In this document: positions 10,727 through 20,927 of the stretch, one piece after another | Layout of the letters: every line of letters begins with the position of its first letter | Numbering within the stretch: the stretch's first letter is position 1 | Assembly (NCBI GenBank): GCA_963840855.1 | Contig: CAWJBB010000061.1 | Span: forward strand, 64,001-128,000 | DNA: 64,000 nucleotides | Direction: 5' to 3' | From: an uncultured delta proteobacterium | GTDB taxonomy: Bacteria; Desulfobacterota; Binatia; UBA9968 | Position numbers and translations under genes: made by a program | The notes under the pieces: generated by a model | What the model was told of the DNA's origin: nothing | The model's input: only the letters and a program-made list of their open reading frames with translations | Databases searched by the model: none

Positions 10727-12364
10727 TTGGCGGCGATGTTCATTATCATGCGACTCATTCTCAGCGCCGAAGGGCAGGATTTGCGGCGATACCCGGCAAC
10801 CGGAGAGCAGAGCCACCCGCAAAGTCTGACCTCAGAAAGCGGCAAATTTCAAATTCTAATGATAACAGTTCGCGCTTCGCCTATTTTCTTTTTGAGCTTA
10901 AGCGTCGCTTTCATAAACGCAGCCTATTGCGCCACCAACGTGAGAGAGCCCAGTCGGGCGGGAGTTCAGCGGCGCATCGACTTAGAGCCCTGCGGCTTTG
11001 CGACTTACGATACCAAGGTTCTGTGCGGCGCATATGATGTGTTCGAAGACCGGGCGGCACAAGCGGGGCGCAAGATCCCCCTATCCATCGTCGTGCTGCC
11101 GGCGCTCGATTCTAAACCGGCTCCCGACCCGGTTTTTTTTCTGAGCGGCGGTCCCGGACAAGGGGCGGCCAAAATCGCCAGCGCCGGCGAAGACAGCCTC
11201 ATGTCACATCTCCGGCGTCAACGTGATCTCGTCTTTATCGATCAACGTGGCACCGGCAATTCGCATCCTCTCAACTGCAATTTATTCTCCGAACATGCCG
11301 TCGCACAAAGCTACTTCGACGAGTTGTTTCCGCCCGAGAAGGTACGTTCCTGCCACGCGGCGCTGGCACCAAGTGCCGATCTCAAGCTTTACACTACTCC
11401 CATTGCCATGGCCGATCTCGACGAAGTGCGCGCAGCCCTGGGGTACGATAAAATCAACCTGTACGGCATTTCCTATGGGACTTTGGCAGCGCTTCAGTAT
11501 CTGCGCCAGTCTTCTAAACGGGTGCGGGCACTCGCCTTGGCGGGAGTCGCGACGCCAGCCGCCAAGCTACCGTTACACTTCGCCAAAGGCGCCCAAGCCG
11601 CTCTGGACAAATTGATCCGCGACTGCGCCGAGGAGGAAGGATGCCACGCGGCGTTTCCCAATCTACAAGCAGATATTGCCAAAGTGCTCGCCAAGCTGGA
11701 TAACGGTCCGGTAACATTCGTGATCCCCAATCCGAAGAGCGGGGAGGGACAAAGCGTAATAATGTCACGCGGGGTCTTCACCGAGCAACTCAAAAATATG
11801 CTCTACAACCTTCCTTCAGCGAGTCTCGTGCCGTTGCTTGTTCACCGCGCGGCCCGGGGAGACTGGACAACGTTCGGTAGGGTAGTTGCTGGAACTTCAA
11901 TAAACGCCTTTCACGCCCCCGCAATAGGAACGTATCTCGCCGTAACCTGCTCGGAGTCGGTCCCGTTTATCAATGACAACGAGATAGCGCGCGAAACCGG
12001 CGGCACCTTCATGGGTGACTACCGAATCAGAGTGCATCGCCAGGCCTGCCGTGAATGGCCACGGGGAGAAATACCCGCGGTATATTTCGAACCGGTGAAT
12101 TCCCCCGTGCCGGTCCTGATGCTATCCGGCGAGTTAGACGGCGCGACGCCCGCCCAACTGGGCGCCGATGCCTCCAGGTCGCTCTCTAACAGCCGCCAAA
12201 TTTTGCTGCGCAACAGTGCCCACGGCTACGCCTCGGATTGCGTCAAAGGCATTATCGCGCAGTTCATCGCCAAGGGCTCCGCTCAAGAGCTGGATGTCGC
12301 CTGCGCCGATAAATTGCGCCGTCCACCATTCGCACGAGAACTGCCGGCGCGCTATATCAGATAG
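10727..12364 (+). CDS. Alpha/beta hydrolase, TAP-like (S33) secreted peptidase; real start probably near 10859
   Basis: LSGGPGQG, DQRGTG, GISYGT nucleophile elbow, GELDGATP, AHG. Confidence 0.85.
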   Translation: MAAMFIIMRLILSAEGQDLRRYPATGEQSHPQSLTSESGKFQILMITVRASPIFFLSLSVAFINAAYCATNVREPSRAGVQRRIDLEPCGFATYDTKVLCGAYDVFEDRAAQAGRKIPLSIVVLPALDSKPAPDPVFFLSGGPGQGAAKIASAGEDSLMSHLRRQRDLVFIDQRGTGNSHPLNCNLFSEHAVAQSYFDELFPPEKVRSCHAALAPSADLKLYTTPIAMADLDEVRAALGYDKINLYGISYGTLAALQYLRQSSKRVRALALAGVATPAAKLPLHFAKGAQAALDKLIRDCAEEEGCHAAFPNLQADIAKVLAKLDNGPVTFVIPNPKSGEGQSVIMSRGVFTEQLKNMLYNLPSASLVPLLVHRAARGDWTTFGRVVAGTSINAFHAPAIGTYLAVTCSESVPFINDNEIARETGGTFMGDYRIRVHRQACREWPRGEIPAVYFEPVNSPVPVLMLSGELDGATPAQLGADASRSLSNSRQILLRNSAHGYASDCVKGIIAQFIAKGSAQELDVACADKLRRPPFARELPARYIR

Positions 12365-12811
12365 AAAGGCGACCTTGCTAAAGACGACTTCTAGCACCTA
12401 TGCCGCTAAGCGCAGCTGTGACTGGTTTCCCAAGTTGCGGAACGCGGAGCCATCGCCTAATCCCCGCGCGCCTCCTATCGGGTCGGGGACCAATCTAAGA
12501 TGTTCCTTGATTTTTCGGGTGAATTTATAATAAAAGAAAGTGGATTATTTGATTAGAAGGCTGTGGATAGATTGCGTTATGATTGCCCGATGCGTCGCCA
12601 GACCTGAAGCGGATGCTGTACCCGCTCAATAGGGCCGCACCATCTGGACTTCGGGTTTCCGCCCCAGGCTTACAGGCCACTAACTAGAGGGGTACGAGCG
12701 GACAACGACGCGGATGTTTTGGATTGCTGACAACGCGGATGTTTCAAGATTCTAAACCATGATCACCTCGTGTTTTATTTTCGCGAACTCCGCAAATGAG
12801 GGACAGCAGCC

Positions 12812-14590
12812 ATGTACAACAATTACTTCGGTTTCTCTGAGTCGCCATTCAATATTACGCCGAGCTCACGCTTCTACTTTCGGACTCCATCTTGCGAAGA
12901 AGTCCTTGGTGTCGTGCACCACGGAATTGAAGCACGCAAGGGTGTCATCGCGGTCACAGGGCTACCAGGAACCGGAAAAACTCTTTTGTTAAAATTTTTG
13001 GTGCGCGACCTGGACCCCAAGGTTAAAGCAGTCATCGTTCGTAATCCTCATACCGATTTAAACGGGTTGCTGCGACTCTTACTGAACCGACTGGAGCTAT
13101 ACGCCGCCGCCGATGACAGCACGGCTATGTTTGATCGGCTGACCGATTATTTAGTCGAGCAGCGCCGAAATGGCCGCATTGTCTGCTTGCTCATCGACGA
13201 AGCCCAGGACCTAGACCAGAACACGCTGGACGAACTTAGACTTTTAGCTAACTTAGACTTCGAGGATGAGGCGCTTCTTCCTATTGTCCTCCTCGGCCAG
13301 CCGGAGTTAAATATTAATCTAGATCGTCCATCGGCCAGGCGGATTAAACAGCGCTTGGCCCTATCTCGACATATTTACCCCTTAAATCGCAATGAAGTAG
13401 GGCCCTACATCAACTCCCGTCTCAAGGTGGCTAAATACGCGGGGTCCGGTCTTTTTGATGATGAAGCAATCGAAAAGATATCCGACTATTCCAGGGGTAT
13501 TCCTCGGTTGATAAATTCCATCTGCGATAATTCGCTGATTCGGGCGTATAAAGCGAATCAGAGCGTGATTTCACCGGAAATCATCGATCGGGTCGCCCGC
13601 GAATTACATATCGCTGCTCCTCGGTTGCCACACAAGCAATCAGCGCCTGCTGGATTTAGCAATTTCAGGACTATCGCCGCCCCTTTTGCAGACGATGCCG
13701 GGTCCATCGCCAAGGATGCCGTACCTTTAGACATGGAGAACCCGGAGGCTGCGGCGGTCCAGGCGCAAAGTTCTGGTTCCGCGGCCTTACATCGGCCTAG
13801 GACCACAGAGAATCTCCAGGGATACTCAGGCGGTGATAAGAGTACGGCGCCGGATGGCAAAGGTCCGCCAAAGAGCGATTTATACTCGCGCGCAGGCACC
13901 GATGAGTTGACGCAATTCTACATATTGCCGCGCGAGCGGAGTGCGATCAGTCTGCGCCGTTTACGCTGGATCCCGGTCGCCGCTGCTATAGGTCTCTTAT
14001 TACTGGTCATTGGCAACATCGTCAGCTCTTCTCAGTTGGCGGCCATCTATTCGGGGGCATCGACCGCAAACCGGACGCCAGTTGCCGGGGTCCCAATTCC
14101 TCAACCGCAGCAAAAGCGGGCAGTCGATAGCGTCGAATCCAACGGCGCGGCAGTTGCTCCACAGGCAGCAGCCCCAATAACCTCGGGGCACGAGCAAACA
14201 CAGAAAGCCACCGATCGGCCAATGGCGGAGAGAAAGGCCGATCCAAGCAATGCGCCTACCGAGACTAACGTGAAAAGAATTGAACCGACTGACGCTTCAC
14301 AGTCAGAGCTACGGCCAAAGACCAATGCGCTGCCCGAGCAACCCGCAAGAATTCCGCCAGACAATGGGCACGAAAACAGGCGTCCTGCCGTAACTCTTGA
14401 AGTTGTTGGCATATCGATCGTGCGCGATAAACCCAATGACAAAGCTACGATTATCGGCGACCTGGAGCCCGGTAGCCGGGTTACGGTTCTCGCCGAGTAT
14501 CGAGACTATTTTCACGTGCGCTCCCTGGACAACCAATCGATTCGCGGCTACGTTCACCGTGAAGACGCGTTCTTCAGACGCAAAAAATAA
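12812..14590 (+). CDS. ExeA/GspA-like AAA ATPase with transmembrane segment and C-terminal SH3-like domain
   Basis: MYNNYFGFSESPFNITP, Walker A GLPGTGKT, Walker B LLIDEAQ, GQPEL, SRGIPRLINSICD. Confidence 0.85.
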   Translation: MYNNYFGFSESPFNITPSSRFYFRTPSCEEVLGVVHHGIEARKGVIAVTGLPGTGKTLLLKFLVRDLDPKVKAVIVRNPHTDLNGLLRLLLNRLELYAAADDSTAMFDRLTDYLVEQRRNGRIVCLLIDEAQDLDQNTLDELRLLANLDFEDEALLPIVLLGQPELNINLDRPSARRIKQRLALSRHIYPLNRNEVGPYINSRLKVAKYAGSGLFDDEAIEKISDYSRGIPRLINSICDNSLIRAYKANQSVISPEIIDRVARELHIAAPRLPHKQSAPAGFSNFRTIAAPFADDAGSIAKDAVPLDMENPEAAAVQAQSSGSAALHRPRTTENLQGYSGGDKSTAPDGKGPPKSDLYSRAGTDELTQFYILPRERSAISLRRLRWIPVAAAIGLLLLVIGNIVSSSQLAAIYSGASTANRTPVAGVPIPQPQQKRAVDSVESNGAAVAPQAAAPITSGHEQTQKATDRPMAERKADPSNAPTETNVKRIEPTDASQSELRPKTNALPEQPARIPPDNGHENRRPAVTLEVVGISIVRDKPNDKATIIGDLEPGSRVTVLAEYRDYFHVRSLDNQSIRGYVHREDAFFRRKK

Positions 14591-14846
14591 TCGACAACTT
14601 ATGCTCCGAATGACCGCTGGCTCGCCGGTCGCGGGAACGGCGAGGGCCGCTGTCCATGGCCCGGGATGCGAACTTCTCTGGGTCGAATAAGAGCCAAAAT
14701 GCTTTTGCCCGGCCGCCTTTCAACCAAGCCAACGGGTTGACCGATTAAAGGCAGTGAGCATTGCCGAGGTGTATCAGCAAAATAGCGCCGGCTGGCCGTT
14801 TACCGACGCCCGGCGGCAAAGTTTTAAACAAGCTTCGAGGGATTGG

Positions 14847-15284
14847 ATGCGAAAACTTTTCTTGCTCTTCGCTTGCGGAATCTTTTTTTACGCGTGCTCG
14901 GATTCCTTTGAACATGATCATAAACTGGCCGCCAAACGCGCGGAGGAATTCGCACGGATCGCTTTCGTGCGCCAGGATTTCGAAAAAGGCTACGCAATGC
15001 TTTCAGACAGCGGCAAACGCTACGTTCCCTTGGAGAAGTTCAAAGAAGCCGTAGTCAAATCGCACCCGAGAAGTTACCCAACCAAGATCGCCGCCACCGA
15101 GTATGAGCCGATGTCGGGGGAGAAAGCCATTTACATCTACCTGACGGGCGACAACGCGGCAGAACAATTCTTTTATACGTTGATCCTGGACGGCACCGCC
15201 ACCTCGGAATACAAAGTAACGCGCTTTAGCCGCGGCAGCGCTCCGTTCGGCTCCAGCAGCACTAGACAACCCGTGAGCAAGTAG
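14847..15284 (+). CDS. Hypothetical lipoprotein
   Basis: MRKLFLLFACGIFFYAC signal peptide with lipobox-like Cys. Confidence 0.6.
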   Translation: MRKLFLLFACGIFFYACSDSFEHDHKLAAKRAEEFARIAFVRQDFEKGYAMLSDSGKRYVPLEKFKEAVVKSHPRSYPTKIAATEYEPMSGEKAIYIYLTGDNAAEQFFYTLILDGTATSEYKVTRFSRGSAPFGSSSTRQPVSK

Positions 15285-15555
15285 CGGCGCAAATGAGGAT
15301 CGCCACTTCCGCGGCGGTGATTTTCCCCGGCACAAAGTTAGGGCTAATGCGGCGGCCTATGAGCTATCGGCTGCCTTGCATACTCACTTCCTTCGGGTTA
15401 TCTGACGATTGTTTAAATCAGATCAGTAACCGCCGGAATACGCCGGAGCCAGGAGATTTTTCGTTACGATTATCCAGAGACGACAACTCGGCCCGGCACG
15501 TTTTATCACCGGCCGGGAGCGCCGGCGCATCAATCCCAACCGCGGCCTGATCAAA

Positions 15556-16383
15556 GTGCTGGAGCGCTATGCGGATATTCTCGTTTCGCGATTTATCTAT
15601 CCGAACCTCACGCCGCTTTGGAATCCTTATAGCTGGCTGCTGAAGAAACGCTTTCAATTGGCTGAAGCCAAACTTGTCCCACCTGGCTGGCCGCGCGGCC
15701 TCGCGCCGCTTCGGGTGTTGCTTATCACGGACATCCACGCCGGCATTTTCTTGCACCCGGAAACTCTGCGCGCCATCATCGTCTCACTGATGCGCGAAGA
15801 ACCGCATCTGGTGGTGATAGGCGGCGATATCGTCACCGGTCATGTCCAGGAAGTTCGTGGAATTTTGAACGCGCTGGCGCCGTTGGCAAAAGCGCCCCTC
15901 GGCGCCTGGTATTGCCACGGCAACCACGACTATTTTGGCGGCGACCCCGAAGAGCTGCGTGCAAGCCTCGGAGCGGCAGGCATCACGACGCTCAGGAATG
16001 ATTCGGCGCGGCTGCAGCACGAAAACGGGACTCTTGTCCTGGGCGGCATCGACGATCTGGTTCTTGGCAGCCCCGATTGGGAAAAGATGACCACGCCCCG
16101 CGGCGTGCCTCATCTATTGATGGCACATAACCCCGATCACTTTTACGAGGCCCAAGCCTTTGGCGTGGCGTTGACACTCGCGGGCCACACCCACGGCGGC
16201 CAGATTCGCTTTCCCAGCGGATCGCCGATCATTCGTCACAGCCGTTACTGCCTCGATGAAGGAGTCTATGCGTTTCGCTCCTCACTGCTGGTGGTATCGC
16301 GGGGGCTGGGCAGCGTCCTTTTGCCGATTCGTTGGGGTGCCGACCCGGAGGCCATCTTGCTGGAAATCATACCACCTCGCTGA
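15556..16383 (+). CDS. Metallophosphoesterase (YkuE/YaeI-like); start uncertain
   Basis: TDIH, GGD, GNHDY, AHNPD, GHTHGGQI, VSRGLG motifs; frame stays open upstream to about 15430. Confidence 0.88.
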   Translation: MLERYADILVSRFIYPNLTPLWNPYSWLLKKRFQLAEAKLVPPGWPRGLAPLRVLLITDIHAGIFLHPETLRAIIVSLMREEPHLVVIGGDIVTGHVQEVRGILNALAPLAKAPLGAWYCHGNHDYFGGDPEELRASLGAAGITTLRNDSARLQHENGTLVLGGIDDLVLGSPDWEKMTTPRGVPHLLMAHNPDHFYEAQAFGVALTLAGHTHGGQIRFPSGSPIIRHSRYCLDEGVYAFRSSLLVVSRGLGSVLLPIRWGADPEAILLEIIPPR

Positions 16384-16392
16384 GGCGACGGG

Positions 16393-16787
16393 CTTACTTT
16401 TTTGACTGTCGTTCCGCTCTCGACCGATTGACCAGTTCGAAAAGCACTGGCCTTGCCCCGTCGCGCACGACATTTGCGATCGCTCCCGTTTTTCTCGTCA
16501 CCGTTTCCTGGTCAAAGATGAAGATCTTCCAGACATCCGGTGGGTAGCTTTCGAGAAGCAAAGCGAATCCGCCATGGGCTTTGCCGGTAAGTCCCGCACA
16601 TGGTGACTACGCGCGCGCATGGGCCCCGCCGCCAGCCATGCGCGACGTGACTTCCGCCAGACGATCCAATTGATCCAATTCCTCGGTGCACGGGCGCAAA
16701 ATGAACTTCGGCGCGTGTCGCCCATTCGAGCATCAACTCGCCGGAAGCTCCGGCGATTCGGCTTGGTAATCCAAGTGCTATGCGCAT
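16393..16787 (-). pseudogene. Gene relic: N-terminus resembling an LLM-class flavin oxidoreductase joined to an unrelated C-terminal fragment
   Basis: MRIALGLPSRIAGASGELMLEWATRAE then loss of similarity; separate frame ...GLTGKAHGGFALLLESYPPDVWKIFIFDQ...QSKK* has no start. Confidence 0.45.
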
Positions 16788-16850
16788 AGCGTCTCTCTTA
16801 GTCGAATTGGATGGCGTTCTGATACTCGCGGTGTCGCCGCCGCGGCAAGC

Positions 16851-17810
16851 TTAAGCCGCTACCCTATCGCGCCACTGGGCGGCCAGGGCCTCCCTTTCAC
16901 CGGCAGCTAGATGATTCAGCGCCTGGGCAACGATATCGACGCCAACCATCTCGCTCCACGCCTGGATGAGCCGCTTGGTGACCGGTCCTGGTATAGCCGC
17001 GCCGGGTCTCACGCCGCCGATGCTTTGCACCGGAACGATTGTGGGGCTGGTGCTGGCAAGAAAGGCTTCTTCCGCGTTGTAGGCGTCATAGGGCGTGAAG
17101 TTGCCGTCCATAACTTCGATACCGAGCTTCGCCGCCAGAGAGAATATTGCGTCTTTGGTAATACCGTCCAAGACGTTTTTATTCGACGGCGTGCAAAGCT
17201 TGCCGCCCATCACCAAAAAGAAATTATGGGCGTTGGACTCGCTGATGTTGCCGTCGAGATCGAGCATCAGCGGAATGGCGTGGGGATCTACCTGCTTGGC
17301 TTCGAAGATCGCCATGTTGTGATTCATTTTGTTGGTGATCTTCGCCTTGGGCTCCAAACATTGCGGCGGTATTCTTCGCGTCGAAGGAATAACCAGATTC
17401 ACGCCCTCGACGTAGTAGCGGGCGAATTCCTGGAACCCGATAACGACGCAGTAGACGGTCACCGTGGCATTGCCCGTGGTGCGATTGCCCCGCGACGAGC
17501 GCAGGCCGCGGCTCACCACTTGCCACAGCGCCACATCATCGTCTGTTTCCAGGAGAGGTCTATTGCGCGCCAAGACCTCCAGCGTGATCTTTTCGATTTC
17601 CTCCGGCGCGAAACCGCAATCGATCCGCGTATAACGGAGTGAGCGAAATAGCCGCTCGGTATGTTCACGCAGGCGAAACGGCTTGTGCCCAAAGGTGCGA
17701 GTGACATCGTAAACACCGTCCCCGGCGTTAAAGCCGGTGTCAAGCACCGATACCTTGGCTTCACTTTCCGGCACGAATGAACCATTTAAAAAGACGATCA
17801 TCTCACCCAT
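16851..17810 (-). CDS. Aminotransferase class IV (branched-chain/D-amino acid/ADC-lyase fold)
   Basis: GDGVYDVTRT, H..RLFRS, catalytic Lys in AKITNK, SESNAHNFF, LDGIT, EAFLAST; GGAGG SD. Confidence 0.9.
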   Translation of the reverse strand: MGEMIVFLNGSFVPESEAKVSVLDTGFNAGDGVYDVTRTFGHKPFRLREHTERLFRSLRYTRIDCGFAPEEIEKITLEVLARNRPLLETDDDVALWQVVSRGLRSSRGNRTTGNATVTVYCVVIGFQEFARYYVEGVNLVIPSTRRIPPQCLEPKAKITNKMNHNMAIFEAKQVDPHAIPLMLDLDGNISESNAHNFFLVMGGKLCTPSNKNVLDGITKDAIFSLAAKLGIEVMDGNFTPYDAYNAEEAFLASTSPTIVPVQSIGGVRPGAAIPGPVTKRLIQAWSEMVGVDIVAQALNHLAAGEREALAAQWRDRVAA

Positions 17811-17890
17811 GTTTGCTCCTCCAGTAAGGCCCAATCGGACGACACGCTTCTGCGCTTATACAACACTTATCGAACGCGTGTTGAGGCTGT

Positions 17891-18010
17891 CAATAAACGA
17901 AGCCACTTCGCGGGCGGAGTTTTGTTCCCGCCCTTGACCAAAGGGGATGCTCGCCCCCTTTGAAACCCCATAAATCTCGTTCCCGCCTCAAGAGGCGGGG
18001 TTTATATAGA
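17891..18010. repeat. About 120-bp palindrome-rich dispersed element, copy 1
   Basis: Aligns with 60249-60367 (caataaacgaa...ttgaccaaaggggatgctcgccccctttg.aaaccccata...ttcccgcctcaag.ggcggggttta). Confidence 0.85.
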
Positions 18011-18034
18011 ACAATCTACGGCCACAAAGGAAAA

Positions 18035-19465
18035 TCAAAGCCGGATGGTGGTACGTCGCTCTTCGGCGCGCCGGCCACCGACGACCGAAGTAGCGAGCCC
18101 CACGAGGCTCAAGGCCGCGGCCGCGAAAAATGTCGTATTCAGCGCGGCCACGAAGCCGGCCGGATTCGCCGTCGTAATCGCAGCCGTAGCGACGCTGGTG
18201 TAACGCTCGAAGGCCAGTGACATGGAAAGGCCGCCCAGCGCGACGCCTAAAACGTTGCCCAGACCAAACGTCACATGGTTGACCGAGGAGGCAAAGCCGC
18301 GATGTTCTGTCGGCATCATGCTGATCATGGCCGTTGAATTGGCCGGATTGAAAATGCCGTTGGTAATTGCCCCGGCGATGATCAGCAGCACCGGTAACAC
18401 CCAATGTGAGTCCGGCCGCAACAAGACACCCGCTCCGAGCGATAGGACCATGAACCCGACGCCAAGACTCGCGGGGAGCCGCGGTCCTAACCGGTCTGCG
18501 AGATAGCCGCTTAGTGGCGCCAATGCCACGGTGAGAATCGACGGCAGCATGAACAGGATACCGACCTGGGTCGGAGACAATCCCAAAATGTCTTGCAGGT
18601 AAAACGGCATCAGAAATCCGGTCAAGGTGTAACAGCTGGCGACGATCAGCAAGCTCACGACACTCATGCTGAAACGGCGTATTTTGAACAGATCGAGATT
18701 CACAAACGGGAATTTAGCTCTAGACTCATGGAGGAGAAAACCAACCAGACTGGCAAACAACAACAGCGCGAACCCCATTTGCAGGGACGGATCGATGACC
18801 TGCTGGGCGCGACGGTCGAGCATTACAACCAGGCTAGTCGTAATCGCGAAGAGCAGCGCCGCGCCGAGATAATCGATGGACACGGGGTGACGCTGAGACG
18901 AGGTCCCGCGCCTCTTTAGATTCGCCACCGCCAGGGCCATACCACAAAAGCCGATCGGCACGAGAAAGAAAAAACTCCAACGCCAACTTAAGTAATCAAT
19001 CGTGAAACCGCCGATACTCGGCCCAAGCACGAAACCGACATGGTGCGCCGTGGTCATATAGCCTTGGGCACGCCCGGCGAGGTCTTCGGGCACCGACTCC
19101 GCCGCCAGTGCCCGGCTTGAAGACTGTAACATCGACGCGCCGACACCCTGAACTACGCGCGCCCAGATAAGCTGGAGGACAGTCTGCGAAAGTCCGCAAA
19201 GCAAAGAACTAACGGAAAAGACCAGGAACCCCAGAGCGAACATCTTTTCCCGCCCCCAAAGATCGGAGATGCGGCCAAAAATCATCGACAGGCCGATGTT
19301 CGCAAGCTGATATGATAGCAGCGCCCAGGAAACTCCCAAAAGATCGGTTCCCAAGCTCTGCGCCACCGTGGGCATCGAAATGCTGACGATGCGGGTCGCC
19401 GTGCCGGAAAAAAAAGTCGCAAGAAGAGCCGTCGAAAGAAGCAAATAGTTGACGCGGGAAGCCAC
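18035..19465 (-). CDS. MFS transporter (DHA2/EmrB-like)
   Basis: GRISDLWGR motif A, ARVVQGVG, LGPSIGG, WRWSFF; about 14 hydrophobic segments. Confidence 0.9.
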   Translation of the reverse strand: MASRVNYLLLSTALLATFFSGTATRIVSISMPTVAQSLGTDLLGVSWALLSYQLANIGLSMIFGRISDLWGREKMFALGFLVFSVSSLLCGLSQTVLQLIWARVVQGVGASMLQSSSRALAAESVPEDLAGRAQGYMTTAHHVGFVLGPSIGGFTIDYLSWRWSFFFLVPIGFCGMALAVANLKRRGTSSQRHPVSIDYLGAALLFAITTSLVVMLDRRAQQVIDPSLQMGFALLLFASLVGFLLHESRAKFPFVNLDLFKIRRFSMSVVSLLIVASCYTLTGFLMPFYLQDILGLSPTQVGILFMLPSILTVALAPLSGYLADRLGPRLPASLGVGFMVLSLGAGVLLRPDSHWVLPVLLIIAGAITNGIFNPANSTAMISMMPTEHRGFASSVNHVTFGLGNVLGVALGGLSMSLAFERYTSVATAAITTANPAGFVAALNTTFFAAAALSLVGLATSVVGGRRAEERRTTIRL

Positions 19466-19589
19466 TCAGCAGTCGTTCGCTTTCAAGAGGTTTCTCCATT
19501 CAATAGCGCCGATCGTCCGGCGCGGCAAATCATCACTAAAAAGATTGTCTGGAAAAACCGGCTTGACACATCGAACAACCAGGCGGTAA

Positions 19590-20915
19590 ATGGGAAGCGA
19601 TTATTCTTTTGCAGAAGAGGAGCAGCGAGTGGAACTAGAGATTCTCGATTACCGCATCGAACAGATTGCCTGGAGCGATCGAACCTGGCTCAACGGCACG
19701 TCTCTCACCGTCCATCTCCCTAGCCTGCAAGAACAAATCAAGCACCTCTGCCCCGCCATCAGGATCGATTACGAGATCGCTCGTCCTGGGGAATCCAAGC
19801 GCATCGTTCATGTTCTTGACACGGTGCTACCCATTGCGAAAGTAAATGGCGCGGGCGCGGCCTTCCCAGGATTTGACGGGCCGGCGGAGCTTGTCGGGAC
19901 GGGCCAAACAACGCGCATCGGCAATCTGCTCGTAACCATCACGGGGCGGTTTCCGCACCCAGAGTCGTTGACGCCTATAGAAACGCCACGTGAGGGAATT
20001 CTCGATATGACGGGCGTCGGCGCCGACTATTGTCACGGATCGGATCACTTTCATCTCATCTTGTCCCTGACGCCCGACCCCAACGTTTCCAACGTTGCCT
20101 TCGACCAAGCTCTGAGAAGTATCGCGCTCCGATGCGCGCGCTATCTGGCGCAGGTGGAAAAAACCGGTGGCGCGCCGGAACGGCGGACCATCGCATTGGC
20201 GCCAGTGGACAAAAAGCTGCCAAAAGTAGTCTTGATCTATCAGGTTCAAAGCCAGGTGATTGGGGCGCGGACTTTCTATTACGGCGAAGAGGTTTCGAAG
20301 ACGCTACCGACGTTCGTTCATCCGGCGGAATTCTTCGACGGCGCGGTGGTGAGTGGAAACTACAAAATAGAGCGCAAAATACCCACGTCGCTGCACTGCT
20401 CGAATCCGTATATTTTGGAACTGCTTGAGCGCCACGGGCAATCGCTTAACTTCCTCGGCGTCATTCTCTCGCGCGGCTACAACGACAGCTTTGAGCAGAA
20501 AAAAAAGATGGGACTATGGGTTGCGCGTTTGGCGCAGAATCTCGGCGCCGATGGCGCCGTCGCCTTCATGGAGGGCACCGGCAACGGCACCGTGGACTTC
20601 ATGCAGACGGTAAAAGCCTGCGAAGACCAGGGCATCAAAACCGTGGCCGTGCTGCATGAATCCAACGGTCCCAAGGGCTACGAGCGGCCCCTCGTGGATC
20701 ACCCCAAGGAGGCCGACAGCATGATCAGCCGCGGCAATGTTTCGGAAAAAATCTATATTCCCCCGCTCGCCGCCGTGATCGGTGGCACCGAAATTGATCT
20801 CCACTTTAAGGCGAAGCATGATGCGCGCCTGCCGTTTCTCTTCGATCCCACGATCTTTTACGGCTCTTACAGCAAAATGGGCGACAGCGGATTTCGGGCG
20901 GTGTACGAACAGTAA
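19590..20915 (+). CDS. Glycine/sarcosine/betaine reductase component B partner subunit (GrdE/GrdG/GrdI-like); GTG start at 19629 plausible
   Basis: IARPGESKRI, GFDGP..LVGTG.T, EGILDMTG.GA, LPKVVLIYQ, PT.VHP.EFFDGAVVSGN, ADGA...EG.GN..VD. Confidence 0.85.
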   Translation: MGSDYSFAEEEQRVELEILDYRIEQIAWSDRTWLNGTSLTVHLPSLQEQIKHLCPAIRIDYEIARPGESKRIVHVLDTVLPIAKVNGAGAAFPGFDGPAELVGTGQTTRIGNLLVTITGRFPHPESLTPIETPREGILDMTGVGADYCHGSDHFHLILSLTPDPNVSNVAFDQALRSIALRCARYLAQVEKTGGAPERRTIALAPVDKKLPKVVLIYQVQSQVIGARTFYYGEEVSKTLPTFVHPAEFFDGAVVSGNYKIERKIPTSLHCSNPYILELLERHGQSLNFLGVILSRGYNDSFEQKKKMGLWVARLAQNLGADGAVAFMEGTGNGTVDFMQTVKACEDQGIKTVAVLHESNGPKGYERPLVDHPKEADSMISRGNVSEKIYIPPLAAVIGGTEIDLHFKAKHDARLPFLFDPTIFYGSYSKMGDSGFRAVYEQ

Positions 20916-20927
20916 GGAGATCGCGCC

